A stretch of DNA of 63,694 bases, filler included, from Collodictyon triciliatum (lineage: Eukaryota), in the NCBI GenBank assembly GCA_043381765.1. It is 14 parts of 14 records of this genome, joined end to end, with 100 filler letters (N's around TTAATTAATTAA, not from the genome) between each part and the next. Parts side by side here need not be neighbours in the genome. Positions count along the whole stretch, not along the records: positions 13,176 to 17,463 come from JBHJMP010006279.1; positions 17,564 to 21,851 come from JBHJMP010006280.1; positions 21,952 to 30,714 come from JBHJMP010006281.1; 11 more parts are not named here. One strand, written 5' to 3'. Under the pieces are notes generated by a model. That model saw nothing but the letters and a program-made list of their open reading frames with translations, made no database searches and was not told where the DNA came from. The position numbers were made by a program, and so were the translations under genes. Of the stretch, positions 13,459 to 25,612 are shown one piece after another (the first letter of the stretch is position 1; every line of letters starts with the position of its first letter).

Positions 13459-15089
13459 CTTGGACCAACGCGAACTAATGTCACTTCTTTCATTGGCACG
13501 ATAACCTCCGACGAATTTCCTTCACATAGCAGGCTAAAGTACCTTTAAGCATATCAAAAGGATCAGTGTCTGATTCTAAAAGGATAATGTCATGCATTTA
13601 GCGCCTTACATGCTAAAAAAAAGAAAGGCATTTTTAGTCAATACTGTTTCACTTAAAATGTTTATGATTTTGTTACTCGGTGATTCTTGATGAGCGCGAC
13701 TGACGACGAAATATCTGGTCTCGGGGTATGGCCTAATTATGATCTTTAGTGTACTTCTATTTTGTTGATTTACAGTTCCCAACACATGGAAAACGTTTGT
13801 GTAAATACAAAAGAAAATTCATGAATTTATATAATATAATTCCCACAAGTTTTGTTTCGATTGTTATGGAGTGTGTTTAAATGAATTGATTGCAGGTCAC
13901 GCAACATAAATACATACATTGACGCTTTTAGGGGCAAACATAAACTCTATTTGGGAGGTTTTTATAGCGCGGTCTGAATTGAGTGCAGTTCGTAATTCAT
14001 AGTCCTCAAGAACAATTATATGCGTCACTCGCAAGGCTATTTAATCAGTCAATTGTTCAAGCATTCAATAAATTAACCAAGAAATTAAGATGTTTGTTGG
14101 ATAAGACAATGCACCTCGTGCAGCATATTTGATAATGTCATATCCAGGGCCTTGAATCCAGCCGCATGTGTTTATCACAAAGCCAGAAGAAATTACTGAA
14201 GGAAATATATGGTGGACATGAACCAATTAAAAAGTGGAACTCACAAAACCTACAATATTGGAATTCTATCCCCACAATTTTTTAGGTTATATGTTCAGAG
14301 GGCAGTTCACTTACATTTGGGTTCGGCAGTGAGTATTTCATCAACGATATTACCGATGAGAGATGTTTGGTCTAAATATGTTTTAGTGCAGAAATTCATA
14401 TATAAGATGGGTACTTTTAAAGAATAATAAAAAAGTATCATAAATTCAACAACATTCCTCATAACCTTAAGTATTTTTGATGAATGGAAGTTACAATATG
14501 TCTTTAGATGAGCAATTATATAACACTCAAACTATCGCGAGAAGTTCAGTATAACCACGTACGCTTATAATTTTCGATATTCGCCCCAGGGCTTTCGTGG
14601 CCATAAAACAACGATATTGGGTTAAAGTGGCGAATTCCTTTCTAGCGTGTTCAGCAAGTAACAAATAAACTGAGGTCATGATGAATTGGATTTAAATCAT
14701 TCGCATTATTTGCATGATATGATATAATGTCTTTCATAATAAATTTTTACAGTGGAGTCGATCATTTCGCATATTATAGAGCCCGATATTGCCCCAGGAA
14801 TGGAAATGCCAGACTAAATCAGTACGGAGTGTTTGCGTCAATTCAAGATAAATAAATAATAGAAAACCAAGGAAGGTATCCAAAAAGGTCACAAAATATT
14901 CCAACCACTCAAGCATGAATTGCAGACCTGACCAACATCTAAATCGATAAAAGTTGGGTACATTCTCTCGCGAACAGCGTAGTTGAGCAGGATTTTTGAA
15001 AGTGTAGACTTTCCAGAGTCTGTGGGACCGACAATCATCACCTTTGACGTTTAAATCATACACATAGTGACTTTTCCGATGATGATGAT

Positions 15090-15184
<95 letters not shown>

Positions 15185-15919
15185 TAATAATAATTATTGC
15201 GATGCTGAGAAGATTTGATCCAATCATATCACCCATCAAAAGAAACAAACAAAGTACATTCCTTCATTCAATACCCTAGGGCCGCTCCTTCCGTTTGAAA
15301 GAGCTTCCGTTCTCTGCTTGTTGATTTTCCTGTGCATGTCCAAATAACTCGCCATGTAATGGCCATTTGAGATCGTCTCGTTGAACGAATGTCCAGAGAC
15401 CTCGAGTTTATATGCACATCAGGCTTTTTTTTTCTTCTTTTTTTTTTTTGCAACCAAATTATTGATACTGTCAGAAACTTTTGGACATGAACAGTTATGC
15501 AACAGAAGAAATAAAGGGGTATAGAGATATGATACCAACCTCGAGGGTACAACCATCGTAAGTAAAAACGGACAGGTTTGTAGCTTTCTGGATGGTGTAG
15601 CTTTCTGCGCAGACCAACTCGAACCCAAATATCTCTGCTCTTCCTTGTGTCAGCTAATTGTTTGTGTGATTATCTCATACACATATGGAAGAAAAGTAAA
15701 AATGAAAAAAAATACGAACGAAACTGCTTCATAGCTACTACCAACATTATTTCATTCAGTGTCTACGAGTACCCGTGGCTAAATAAAAAGTTGTCTTTTT
15801 GTTAAAGATATCATATAGTATATTTATTTTTTCACTACGGTCAACTCGCAAACGCCGTCCTTGTCAGTCTGGATGACCAACTCCTGCATCCTCTCAAGCA
15901 CAACGGTGTTTCGAGACAT
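13459..15919 (-). CDS. CLP1: Polyribonucleotide 5'-hydroxyl kinase CLP1; spliced, 3'-truncated
   Basis: Exon [38 protein letters not shown] (14930-15040) and [19 protein letters not shown] (~14115-14190). N-terminal AEIFGFEL...[13 protein letters not shown] at 15919. Confidence 0.9.
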
Positions 15920-17563
15920 GGTTTTGGTTGGTCCTTGTTTTGCGGCGGTGGCAGAGTCTTGGCGCAGCTGTTGCGATTGGCGAGGAGAATACGGAGAAGA
16001 GTTAGGCAAGGGCAACTGGATGAGCCTCTACGCAAGCATGCCCGGACTTATCTTGGTCAAAAAAGCGAGCGGGTTGCAGCCTTCTCAACTGAGTTCCTTT
16101 GTCTTCGTCTGTGATTTTGTCTTCGTCTGTGATTGGATTCGGGGGAATCTGTCAGGAGTGCTTCTGTCTATTTATGGAAAATAAAAAGGGAGGATGTTCT
16201 GTCAAATCGCAAGCGCTTTTTGGCTGAGAATAAGATAAAGTTGTTAAACGAATAAGAATATTGTAGAGATGGAAGCCACAAGAGACCCACTCGACGATTT
16301 TTTTTGTTAACCAATTCTAAAAACTATGGCAGAACATCAATTTTGTGCAATTCGTGCAAAGGGTTTGGGGTTTTTTTTTAATTTTTTTTATTGGTATTGC
16401 AGCTGATAATGAGTGCGCGCGTAGTTGTGATGAATTCAAGTCATTTACTCCAATGTGGTAGAAAGAATTGCGCGCTGTACAGCTAAATATACAGTTGTTA
16501 ACTTATATCCACCTTTGGTCTTACGGGTTGTGCATAACACTTTCGTCTGATAATGCATATGGTACAATAATGAATAATCCATATGGTTGAGCAAGTCTAC
16601 GCGAGAACCGGTCACGTCGCGATGAGCAGTATGCCTTCTTTCTTTTTTTTTTCGGGGGTATTCAAAGCTACAGAGCGATTATAATTATATGGTCTCCTTG
16701 ACAACACGACGTGATGGAAAAAAAGAGATGTGACTTAAAATGGGGCCAGTAAGCTTGTTCAATTATTTAATTGTGTGGGTTGCAAGGTTATAACCACAGC
16801 CGTTTTGGTATATAAAGAAAAAAAAGGTTAAATTTGAAATTCGATCGTAAAATAGAATCGAGACTGCAGGATTTTAATTAACATATCTCACATGAAAATA
16901 GAACACATTTGCAAAAGGGAGTGAGGAATAACCACCAATTTGTTTGTACTTTTTTTTTTATTAGTTAAAATAGTCTTGTACCCGCGATGGTGAGGCGGAT
17001 AAGAGGTTCGATGAAATCATACATGCAAAAATAAACTAAGAGCAAGTTTTCTAATGCCCATACTTTTTTTATTCTATTTCGAAAATGAAATATTATTCGG
17101 ATATGAAAGTTCTCTCCTGAGGGTCAAATCAGTTTGCACATTTCATCGTTATTATTTTTGGTTTTGTTAAAAAAGATAAAGTTTAATCAATAGATATTGT
17201 AGGCTGGACAGTGGTTGGGGTGAAGTAAAAGAGAGAATCCCTCTCGATCTGAATTTGCGTCAAAGAGGGAGATTCTGAAGTCTTGGGTGATAATTGCTCC
17301 TAATAACCATAAACATTCAACAAGCAGCCTTCATGCTCTGAACACAGTGATAAGAAATCCATAATTGCGGGAGGGAATACCAAGCACGAAAAAAAAAAAA
17401 AAAAAAAAGGACGAGAAAAATAATTCCATACTTTCATTTTTTTCACACATTTTGTTAAAAACGNNNNNNNNNNNNNNNNNNNNNNNNNNNNNNNNNNNNN
17501 NNNNNNNTTAATTAATTAANNNNNNNNNNNNNNNNNNNNNNNNNNNNNNNNNNNNNNNNNNNN

Positions 17564-17655
<92 letters not shown>

Positions 17656-17784
17656 CAATAAATGATTTTTGTGAATTGCTAGTATTTGTTCTTCATGAAA
17701 ATCTTGCACAGACAGAGCTGATATATTTTTTAATCTTCGATTGAATACGTTTTTTAAAGAAAGTTGGTAATTAGATTTTATCAA

Positions 17785-20700
17785 CCTTCTAAAATAAAGG
17801 CACGAATCTGCATATCCGTGCTCAATTGCGGCGTGTTTGGCATCACGTGATATTCCTTTGGAATAAAAGCATGAATTGCCTCTTACTTTAATTCAGGATA
17901 ACATTACAGAAATTATGTAAATACTGTGTATTTATTGACCAAAAAGAGCGATGGTATGAATTAGAGAAATATAAACAAGCTTACAGAATACTGGGCCATT
18001 AAGGGATCCATCAAAGAGATAATAAAAGCTGTAATCTTGGGATACTGAGTATCATTTTGAGATTAGTGACCCACATCAACATGAAAGATTGGTTCTCGTT
18101 GAGCAAACATATATCAAAATTGTGTGCTAGAATTTGGAAGAGAAATTACAAAGTATACAAGAGGTCCGTTATATATGTTTTGAATATATCTTACCTGACA
18201 ACGACCAAGGCTCGGCAGGGCTTCAAGTTGGTCAGCAAAAGCCTCTTCATCTTCAAAAAGCTCTAAAATAAAATAAATTTTGTAGTAATAATAACACAAT
18301 TGATTAAATCGAAAAAAATGAAAACTATATGATATCGTAGAGAATAAGAATTAATACGAGAATAAATTGTTCTTGAAATAATCCTTACCTTCAGTTTCAC
18401 CAGCGGAAACAGATCGCTCAACCAACTCAAGTCTAGATTGGACATAGGCCTGAACAACCTGATTGAAATTGCGCACAATTTTAGATGTGACGCTGCTTGT
18501 TTGGTGATTCGAATGATATTGATTGTATTGGGTACCAATCAACGCACTACTGTATTCAGGTATACTTTGTTCTTTTTTTTATTATTAATATTAACACCGT
18601 TATTATAGGGTCTTTTTTTTTTTTTTGGCTAAAAACCAAGTAAAAATCTTATAAAAATGAAGCTGAAGGAAAACCTCTGGTGCATATGTGTCTATTCCGC
18701 TAGGGGTTTCTCCACGGAGGTATGGTAGTGATGCAACTAGTTTAGACCAAAGTCCCAAAAGGTAATATTTGCTGTTTGGAGCCCACTACAGAGAGGGAAG
18801 GGGTGGGCGTATTATTTTAGAAAAAAAACCTTTCAAATTTAAACAGGCTGCAAATTGGGGATGAGAGTGTATTTCCAGCCAATATATATATATATATATA
18901 TATAATTTTTAAGACAATTATATTATTCTTCCTTTCAATTTGTATAAGTCGAAATATTATGTATGACAGTTTCCTTTGTAAGAGTGGACGTTACGTGATG
19001 AGTCTTCAAGCTTGTAATTGTAAAATTGTAGACCAAAGTAATCCATTCGCGATAACCCTCTACACCAACGAGTTCAACGAGCTGATAATTTGATTTTATT
19101 CTTGCGAGCAATCGACAGAATTCGTGATAATTTTCGGGGTTGTTTAACCCTATTGCATGAAATTAGCAGCATGCATTGATAGCAGAGAAAAGTACAGGTA
19201 ATTTTATGATATGTTCCTTCGCAATGGTATGTTGGGTAAACTTAAAGAATAAAATGTACCTTTTTGTGTCCGGAGTATATCTGTCATTCCAGATATCATT
19301 TGTTGAAGGAATCGAAGTCTTTCTGTCTCGGACATAAAAAGGGAGCGACGCACGGAGGCGAATTGCACAAGGCATTCAAGGCACTTCACAATTCAGAGAG
19401 GAGGGTGTTAATTATTTTATTTTTATTTCATTTTAGAAAAAAAAACGTTAATATATTTATTGAGCCAAGCCGTGCTTAATTGTATTTTTGTTTCAATTCA
19501 AAACATTCTGGTTCAAGTTAATATGAGTTTTATACAAATGAACTACATAAATCAAATTATTGTTCGAAAAGAATTATTGCCGAATATTTCTCTATTCATT
19601 TTAAATTCGTAAATGGTTTTACCTGAACAGATCGAGGAGGCTGGGTCGAGCTGTAGAGGTCATAAAATAACTGCATATTTGTAGGGTCCTCAAAAATTGT
19701 TCTCCAGCCCGATGGTATTTGTAATGTCCCGGCAAGATCATCACTGGTTTCATCATTTGTAGCTCCGATGAAATCAAACCCGGTGCATTGAACAAAAAGA
19801 GTCATAGCCTGCTCTGCAACCTTGTCAGCGTGCTGAGCTGATTATATGTAAATAATGTACGTGTTAGCCATTTTAGAAAGCGAGAGCCTGTTTTGTTTTG
19901 TTTTTTGTTTTTTGTTTTTTTTTCATATGTAGATTGCTAAGTATAAACAAACGAGATGCCTGGACTACAGCCCCAAGTTGCTTAAGAGAACTCAACGAAA
20001 GTTGAAAAATTTTCAGCAACCCGTTGTCACGGAAAGATATTGCTGTCTTTCGATGTTGGGATATTGTCCTGCTTGGAAGGCTGGAATTGATTTCGTTGAT
20101 GATTTGGCGGTAAAGGTTCAATCCTATTGACAGATGTGCGGGACTCATCTAGGTTTTGGTCATATATTACCGTTTTGTTTTTGTGTTTGTTTTCTTTTTG
20201 TTTGGTTACTTTTTCTTTTTTTTAAAAAAAGGAGAGAAATCTTGATGATTTAAAATAAAATAAAATAAAATAAAATAAAATAAAATAAAATAAAATAAAA
20301 TAAAATAAAATAAAATAAAATAAAATAAAATAGTAGTTGGAATTAGGATCTAATACAACAACAGGGGTCGAATACATTAATAAGTTTAATTTTGGAGTAA
20401 AGATATGACTTCTATTTAACAAATTTGGCTTTGATTCCTTAGTACATGATTCAATCCATTTTTGGTATATTTGATTTGTTACCTGCGCAAAATTGGACGC
20501 TTCTTCAATAACATCCCTGTAAGGACCGTCATCGCACCACCCAAGCTTGGTAATTCTTGCAATCACCTTGATTTTTTTGAAAACAAATATATAAGCACAA
20601 AGATAATATAGCATTTTTACGCCATTTTCATATACTTGAATTCGGTCCAAGGTGACTTCTTAATTATATGCACTTTGTAAAAATAGGGAAAGTAATACAT

Positions 20701-21251
20701 GAGCTACAATTGATTATCAGAAATAATTGATAAAAATGCATCCCGAATTACCTGAACGACAGCGATAAGGCTTACGTGTTCAAACTGAGTACCCCGATTT
20801 GCAAGGATGCGGAGAAGAAGGTTCTCTGATACCAGTATTATTGGTTTAGGTAATTCGGCAGATTTGTCGTGTATAGTGTGTAATAAAAATAAAAGTCTGG
20901 TATATTTAAGAGATTTATTTGAGCATCAAACTCAGCTATCGAATATTCTTGTTTCGTGTTATTCCAGCAAGGCATACTCGTCTCCATTCTCTGGGCCAGT
21001 GTAAGGACATTCCAATTATTCGTATAGAGCTTCAGCAGCGAAGTAGCCCCGTAATGAATGGCGTACGGAGAAGCAGCGCTTTCGATGACATAGTGGCACT
21101 GTGGAATCAGTTCTACCGAAGTCTATGCAGCATCAAAATAAATAACGGGATTCCGCCACATGTTGGATTCTTTGAGATGAAGTGTGCTTCTCGGCAAGGA
21201 TTATAATTAAAGTACTCGAGTTGAGAATTAAATAAATACATAACTACATAA

Positions 21252-21314
<63 letters not shown>

Positions 21315-21432
21315 AGCCTGTGTTGACTTGGAATTGTGCCAGGGTTTGCTCTGCCTGTGTACGAGATGTGTTGTCGCCGGTGTAGATTTGTTGGCAGAGG
21401 TTCTGGAAGGCAGTTAGCTGCGTTGAATCCAT
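17785..21432 (-). CDS. XPO7: Exportin-7 / RanBP16-17 family; spliced, 3'-truncated
   Basis: FQNLCQQIY...[90 protein letters not shown]. Confidence 0.92.
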
Positions 21433-21951
21433 TATGGTGTCCCAAATGTAATTACTGAGATCTGGCCTCAGCTGATTGAGAAAGATCGGTTAGACAGAAC
21501 AAAAAGCACTTTGAGAGCTAGAGATTCGACATAGAAGCAAGGTAAGCTTCAAGACTTCAAAGTTTGTTGCGCCTGTTTGTTTCTAGGCTGCTAAGGAAGA
21601 AGACAAGAGTGGAATAGGTTAAGGCGATGAGAAGGCTTTGCTCTCCCTGGAACACTCGTGCGCTTGCAAACAGGAAGCCTTATGGCGAGTGAAGGGAGAG
21701 AAAAAAACAAAGCGAGCGCGAGATTCAAGGAGGACAAATAAGTCAACAAGAAAAAGAAGAAAAAGAAGAAAAAGAAGAAAAAGAAGAAAAGAAGAAAAGA
21801 AGAAAAGAAGAAAAGAAGAAAAGAAGAAAAGAAGAAAAGAAAAAAAAAAGANNNNNNNNNNNNNNNNNNNNNNNNNNNNNNNNNNNNNNNNNNNNTTAAT
21901 TAATTAANNNNNNNNNNNNNNNNNNNNNNNNNNNNNNNNNNNNNNNNNNNN

Positions 21952-22650
21952 AAAGACGATATAATTGAGCTCTGCAAAACAGAGCGATTTATTAGTCAGC
22001 AAACAAGTGTAAAGAATGCTTTAATTTTTTTAAAAAAGTCAGTTGTGGATGGTGTGGTAAAAGTCGAGTACAGCCAAAAAAACGAGGGGCGATTTTGGGG
22101 CAAGCCAGATATCAATGCGCTACCGAGATGGATTAAGCAGACACTATTACATCAAAAGTATGTAGACGTGGATATATCAAATTGCCATCCCAGCATCCTT
22201 TTAAAGCTGTGTAACAAGCATAACATAAAATGTGAGTCATTAACGCATTACTGTAATAATCGAGACTTATGTTTGTCTGAGATTATGGATATATACAAAT
22301 GCTCAAAACCAGATGCCAAAGACCTATTCAACATTATGAATTTTGGCGGAGGATTCACTACCTGGGTTGAAGACAAAAAAATTGTAGATTCAATTGAATC
22401 TGAATTTATAAAAACTTACTATGAAGAAGCCAAGAGAATCAAAGAACAATTTGCGGGTATCCCTGATTACAAAAAGTTTTTTGATATGGCCAAACAAGAA
22501 AAAGAAAATCCGTATGAAATAGTTAATAGTGGTATGGCATTGATTATGCAACACTACGAGTCTGTTTATCTCGTCAAAGCTGGAGTTTGTAAAAAATACA
22601 AATACCCAGCAATTGTATATCCCAGCTCACGATGGTTTTTATTTACATAA
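21952..22650 (+). CDS. TVpol (transposon-viral, family-A-related) polymerase/primase domain; 5'-truncated, continues by frameshift into the helicase ORF
   Basis: Frame is open from the contig edge. It contains GRFW, YVDVDISNCHPSIL (PolA motif A-like D.D..N.HP), DAKDLFNIMNFGG (motif B-like) and LIMQHYES. The motif C-like PAHDGFYL lies in the next frame. No introns. Confidence 0.8.
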   Translation, partial: KDDIIELCKTERFISQQTSVKNALIFLKKSVVDGVVKVEYSQKNEGRFWGKPDINALPRWIKQTLLHQKYVDVDISNCHPSILLKLCNKHNIKCESLTHYCNNRDLCLSEIMDIYKCSKPDAKDLFNIMNFGGGFTTWVEDKKIVDSIESEFIKTYYEEAKRIKEQFAGIPDYKKFFDMAKQEKENPYEIVNSGMALIMQHYESVYLVKAGVCKKYKYPAIVYPSSRWFLFT

Positions 22651-24403
22651 AGACCGATACAAGGCAATGGGCCTGGAAAAATTCATAAAAATGATAAAGG
22701 AATATGTAGATGAACCGGGCATAACTTTTATTCACAAAGAAATGACCGAGATAATTGACCTCAAGACAGCGGATAAAGTAAACATTAATTTCTGGGACCC
22801 GTTTGATTTGTACAATATCGCCTCTGAGATTGCGAAAAAAAAAGAGTTTACGGCTTGTAACGGAGTCTTGTATGTTTACAATGGCGTTTATTGGGAGGCT
22901 GACACACCGGAAAAAAACTATTACCAATTCGCAAAATATTGGAGCAACAATTATTATTATGTCATTTACGATTTGATGAAGCAAGCATTTGGTCAAAATG
23001 AACAACCAACAAAAAAATCAAACAAAAGAAAAAGAGGTAAACAACCAGAATCTGAAATGGCTGAAGATGCAAATACAAAAGCCATTCAGGCACATCAAAA
23101 ATCGTGGGAGAGAGAATTAATAAAGTCCCGTGTGTTTAATTTCAAGGCGCTCGTGACACTAGTTTTACAAAGACTCGAAAACTCGACACTGAAATTTAAC
23201 GAGAAACCGAATTTATTCGCCTTCAATAACGCAATATTTGATTTACAGCTAAACAAATTTATTGAACCCAAGCCAGAACAGTATATATCAGAGACCTGTG
23301 GATACAATTATGAAGCTGACCCAGAATTAGATGCCAAAAAAATAAAGTTGATGGAAATATTCAAAACAATTCTACCGCTGGAATACGACTTGAAGCTTTT
23401 TTTGAAATACTGCTCGACGGGTCTCACCGGGACACTGATAGAAAAAATTTGTTTGGCACACGGGTCTGGACGAAATGGCAAAGGTTTATTTCAGGAGTTC
23501 AACAAATACGCACTGGGTAACTACTTTTATGCGCTGGCACCAAGTAGTATTCAAACCAAACTTAAAGAAGGAACAAATCAAGCTTTGGCAAATATCGAGG
23601 GCAAGCGACTCATTACAACCTCGGAACCAGACCAAGGTGAATTAATTAATACCAGTACACTGAAATCACTCACAGGCTGCTCGGTCATCAACGCACGAGG
23701 TCTTTATTCAAAAAAGACAGACACCATAAATTGCGGGACTTTTATTTTAGAGTGTAACAGCAAACCAAAACTTGATGTTGTAGAACAGGCAATCACACAG
23801 AGGCTATTTGTAATACATTTTCCTATCAAGTTTATCGAAAAAGAAGTGTATGATGGTCTGGAGGATAAAGATGGGTATGGCATCGTGAATATCAAATACA
23901 AGGACCTTGATTTTTTAAAAACTAATAAAATTGCGTATTTTCATATTTTGGCCGATGAGTATCAGAATTACATTAAAAATCCATCTTTTCTTTTACAAGA
24001 AGGCAGTCGGTCGCATCAAATTACAGAAACTTATTTTCAGGAATCCGATGACTTTACAAGTTGGTTTTACACAAACTATAAAAAAGTTGACTCTGCTTTT
24101 GAAGACATTGTTTATTTAGCTGATATTCGTAAAGACTACATTGAGTTTAAAAAACAATCAGAATATAAGTTTGAAATGAAAATTGGGACATTTTACGAAA
24201 AAATGACAGTGTGTCCTATGCTCAGCAAATACGTCAAACAGCGGGATGTGGTGTATAAAAAAGAAAAATTGAAAAAGCCTATAATAATTGGACACCAAAA
24301 ATTGAGTTTACAGGAAAAAGAAGATGTCGAAGTCGAAATGGTAAATGAAATAGGAAGCGAGCCGCTTAAATCTGAAAACAAACCATCCTTTCTTTTAAAA
24401 TAA
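22580..24403 (+). CDS. TVpol C-terminus plus D5-like superfamily 3 helicase
   Basis: AHDGF, D5_N-type KPNLFAFNNAIFDLQLNKFIEPKPEQYIS, Walker A HGSGRNGKG, Walker B GKRLITTSEP, INARGLY, motif C FILECNSKP, and Arg-finger AITQRLFVIHF. Intronless. Confidence 0.9.
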   Translation: MEFVKNTNTQQLYIPAHDGFYLHKDRYKAMGLEKFIKMIKEYVDEPGITFIHKEMTEIIDLKTADKVNINFWDPFDLYNIASEIAKKKEFTACNGVLYVYNGVYWEADTPEKNYYQFAKYWSNNYYYVIYDLMKQAFGQNEQPTKKSNKRKRGKQPESEMAEDANTKAIQAHQKSWERELIKSRVFNFKALVTLVLQRLENSTLKFNEKPNLFAFNNAIFDLQLNKFIEPKPEQYISETCGYNYEADPELDAKKIKLMEIFKTILPLEYDLKLFLKYCSTGLTGTLIEKICLAHGSGRNGKGLFQEFNKYALGNYFYALAPSSIQTKLKEGTNQALANIEGKRLITTSEPDQGELINTSTLKSLTGCSVINARGLYSKKTDTINCGTFILECNSKPKLDVVEQAITQRLFVIHFPIKFIEKEVYDGLEDKDGYGIVNIKYKDLDFLKTNKIAYFHILADEYQNYIKNPSFLLQEGSRSHQITETYFQESDDFTSWFYTNYKKVDSAFEDIVYLADIRKDYIEFKKQSEYKFEMKIGTFYEKMTVCPMLSKYVKQRDVVYKKEKLKKPIIIGHQKLSLQEKEDVEVEMVNEIGSEPLKSENKPSFLLK

Positions 24404-24437
24404 ATTGAAAAAAATAAATTGCGTCTATAAATACAAT

Positions 24438-24626
24438 TTATTCACTGTTCGATGTGGTTGGACTGTCCAAACTTTTCTCATTAACTTTTCTTCTTTTTAC
24501 TGCGTAAATTGGATTATACTTGTCTGCGTATTGCTTCTTTTTTTTCCATACTGCGATGATGTGCTTGACTTTGTCGGATGTAAATCCAAATTCTTGAAGA
24601 CAGCGGAGCTCGAACTGAGGATCCAT
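24438..24626 (-). CDS. Small basic hypothetical protein (MDPQFELRCLQEFGF..., ~62 aa)
   Basis: Fills the space between the helicase and the next gene, convergent with the helicase. Contains NLS-like WKKKKQ and VKRRK. Confidence 0.5.
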   Translation of the reverse strand: MDPQFELRCLQEFGFTSDKVKHIIAVWKKKKQYADKYNPIYAVKRRKVNEKSLDSPTTSNSE

Positions 24627-24697
24627 TTTGTATAGTCTTACCAATATCTTTTTAAGCCATTTATTAATTTAAAAACAATTATCTAGGCTAATTTAAG

Positions 24698-25180
24698 ATG
24701 GCTCCAAAACTCACGCAAGAAATCAAGGACAAACTCCCCGAGAATTATAGCTCCGATGATTGGGAGCCAATTGCCCCTGAAGATATTCAAGTTGGTGATT
24801 ACATCGCATATTTAGCCAAACCCAGAAAATATATGTCAGGAAAAGAAGATGCGGGTGGATGGAAAAAAGGAGGCTTAATTACTGTGATTCCCAACATGGA
24901 CGAGCAAATGCGACGCAAGGCCAACGATGATAAGGTGTTTTTCTTTAGGGCTTACACTGTCCAATGGTCTGTTAACCAGGACAACGTGGTGATGTTCTTC
25001 AAGTCGAAAAAAAATGTCGACGAAATTCTAGCCAAGGGAAAGAAACGAGCCAGGGAAACCAAAGAACAGACAAGGGTCAACAAGCTCAAATTTGACACTG
25101 AAAAACTGGAGGAGCAACTCGAGGAGGTCAACAAGGAAGAAAAGAAGCCTGCCCGTAGAGGCCGACCACCCAAAAAATAA
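24698..25180 (+). CDS. 160-aa hypothetical protein with C-terminal AT-hook
   Basis: Clean ATG-to-stop intronless ORF with a beta-rich N-domain (IQVGDYIAY...WKKGGLITVI...QWSV...FFK), a charged coil and terminal PARRGRPPKK. Confidence 0.75.
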   Translation: MAPKLTQEIKDKLPENYSSDDWEPIAPEDIQVGDYIAYLAKPRKYMSGKEDAGGWKKGGLITVIPNMDEQMRRKANDDKVFFFRAYTVQWSVNQDNVVMFFKSKKNVDEILAKGKKRARETKEQTRVNKLKFDTEKLEEQLEEVNKEEKKPARRGRPPKK

Positions 25181-25185
25181 ATTTC

Positions 25186-25612
25186 CTACAACTTATTTCT
25201 TGTCGCAGCCCGTTCAGCCCGACTATTTTTTTGAGTTTCTTTTGTTTCTTTGTTGAATCTATATAGATCTGATTCTTTTAGACCACTTGCGCCTTTCATC
25301 TTTCTGCCTTTATTGTTTTTTAAAAATTCGTCCAAGTCATCCTGTTCAGCAAACTCACTTATCAATTGCGATTTTGGTTTAAATTTTTCATCTTTAGTGT
25401 CATCTGAAACAAGCAGCAAGTCAGCGCGATTAAACTTTTTATTTTCCAAGTTATCTGTTGTTTCGAGTGTATAATACGGGAGTTGCCACTGCGAGCTCGG
25501 TGTACTTTTTTTTTTAATTTTATAAACCTCTAAAGACCACTTGGGTAAATATCCCTTCTGTTGTTTAATTTTGTTTTTCATATTTGCCGGAATATCGGTT
25601 TTTTCTAAGAGT
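25186..25612 (-). CDS. C-terminal part of a Polinton/Maverick-type retroviral-like integrase; catalytic core hidden in or beyond the N gap
   Basis: KGYLPKWSLEVYKI...PYYTLET...KKFNRADLLLV matches the KGY.P.WS.E.(F/Y).I...Y.L...F...(E/D)L..V C-terminal region of Polinton-type integrases. The frame stays open upstream into the gap (LLEKTDIPANMKNK). The DDE core is not visible. Confidence 0.65.

Noticed and set aside
24680-24700. TCTA upstream of the ATG as a Mavirus/CroV-type late promoter
   Set aside because: Seen before only one gene and absent before the other element ORFs, so chance is likely.
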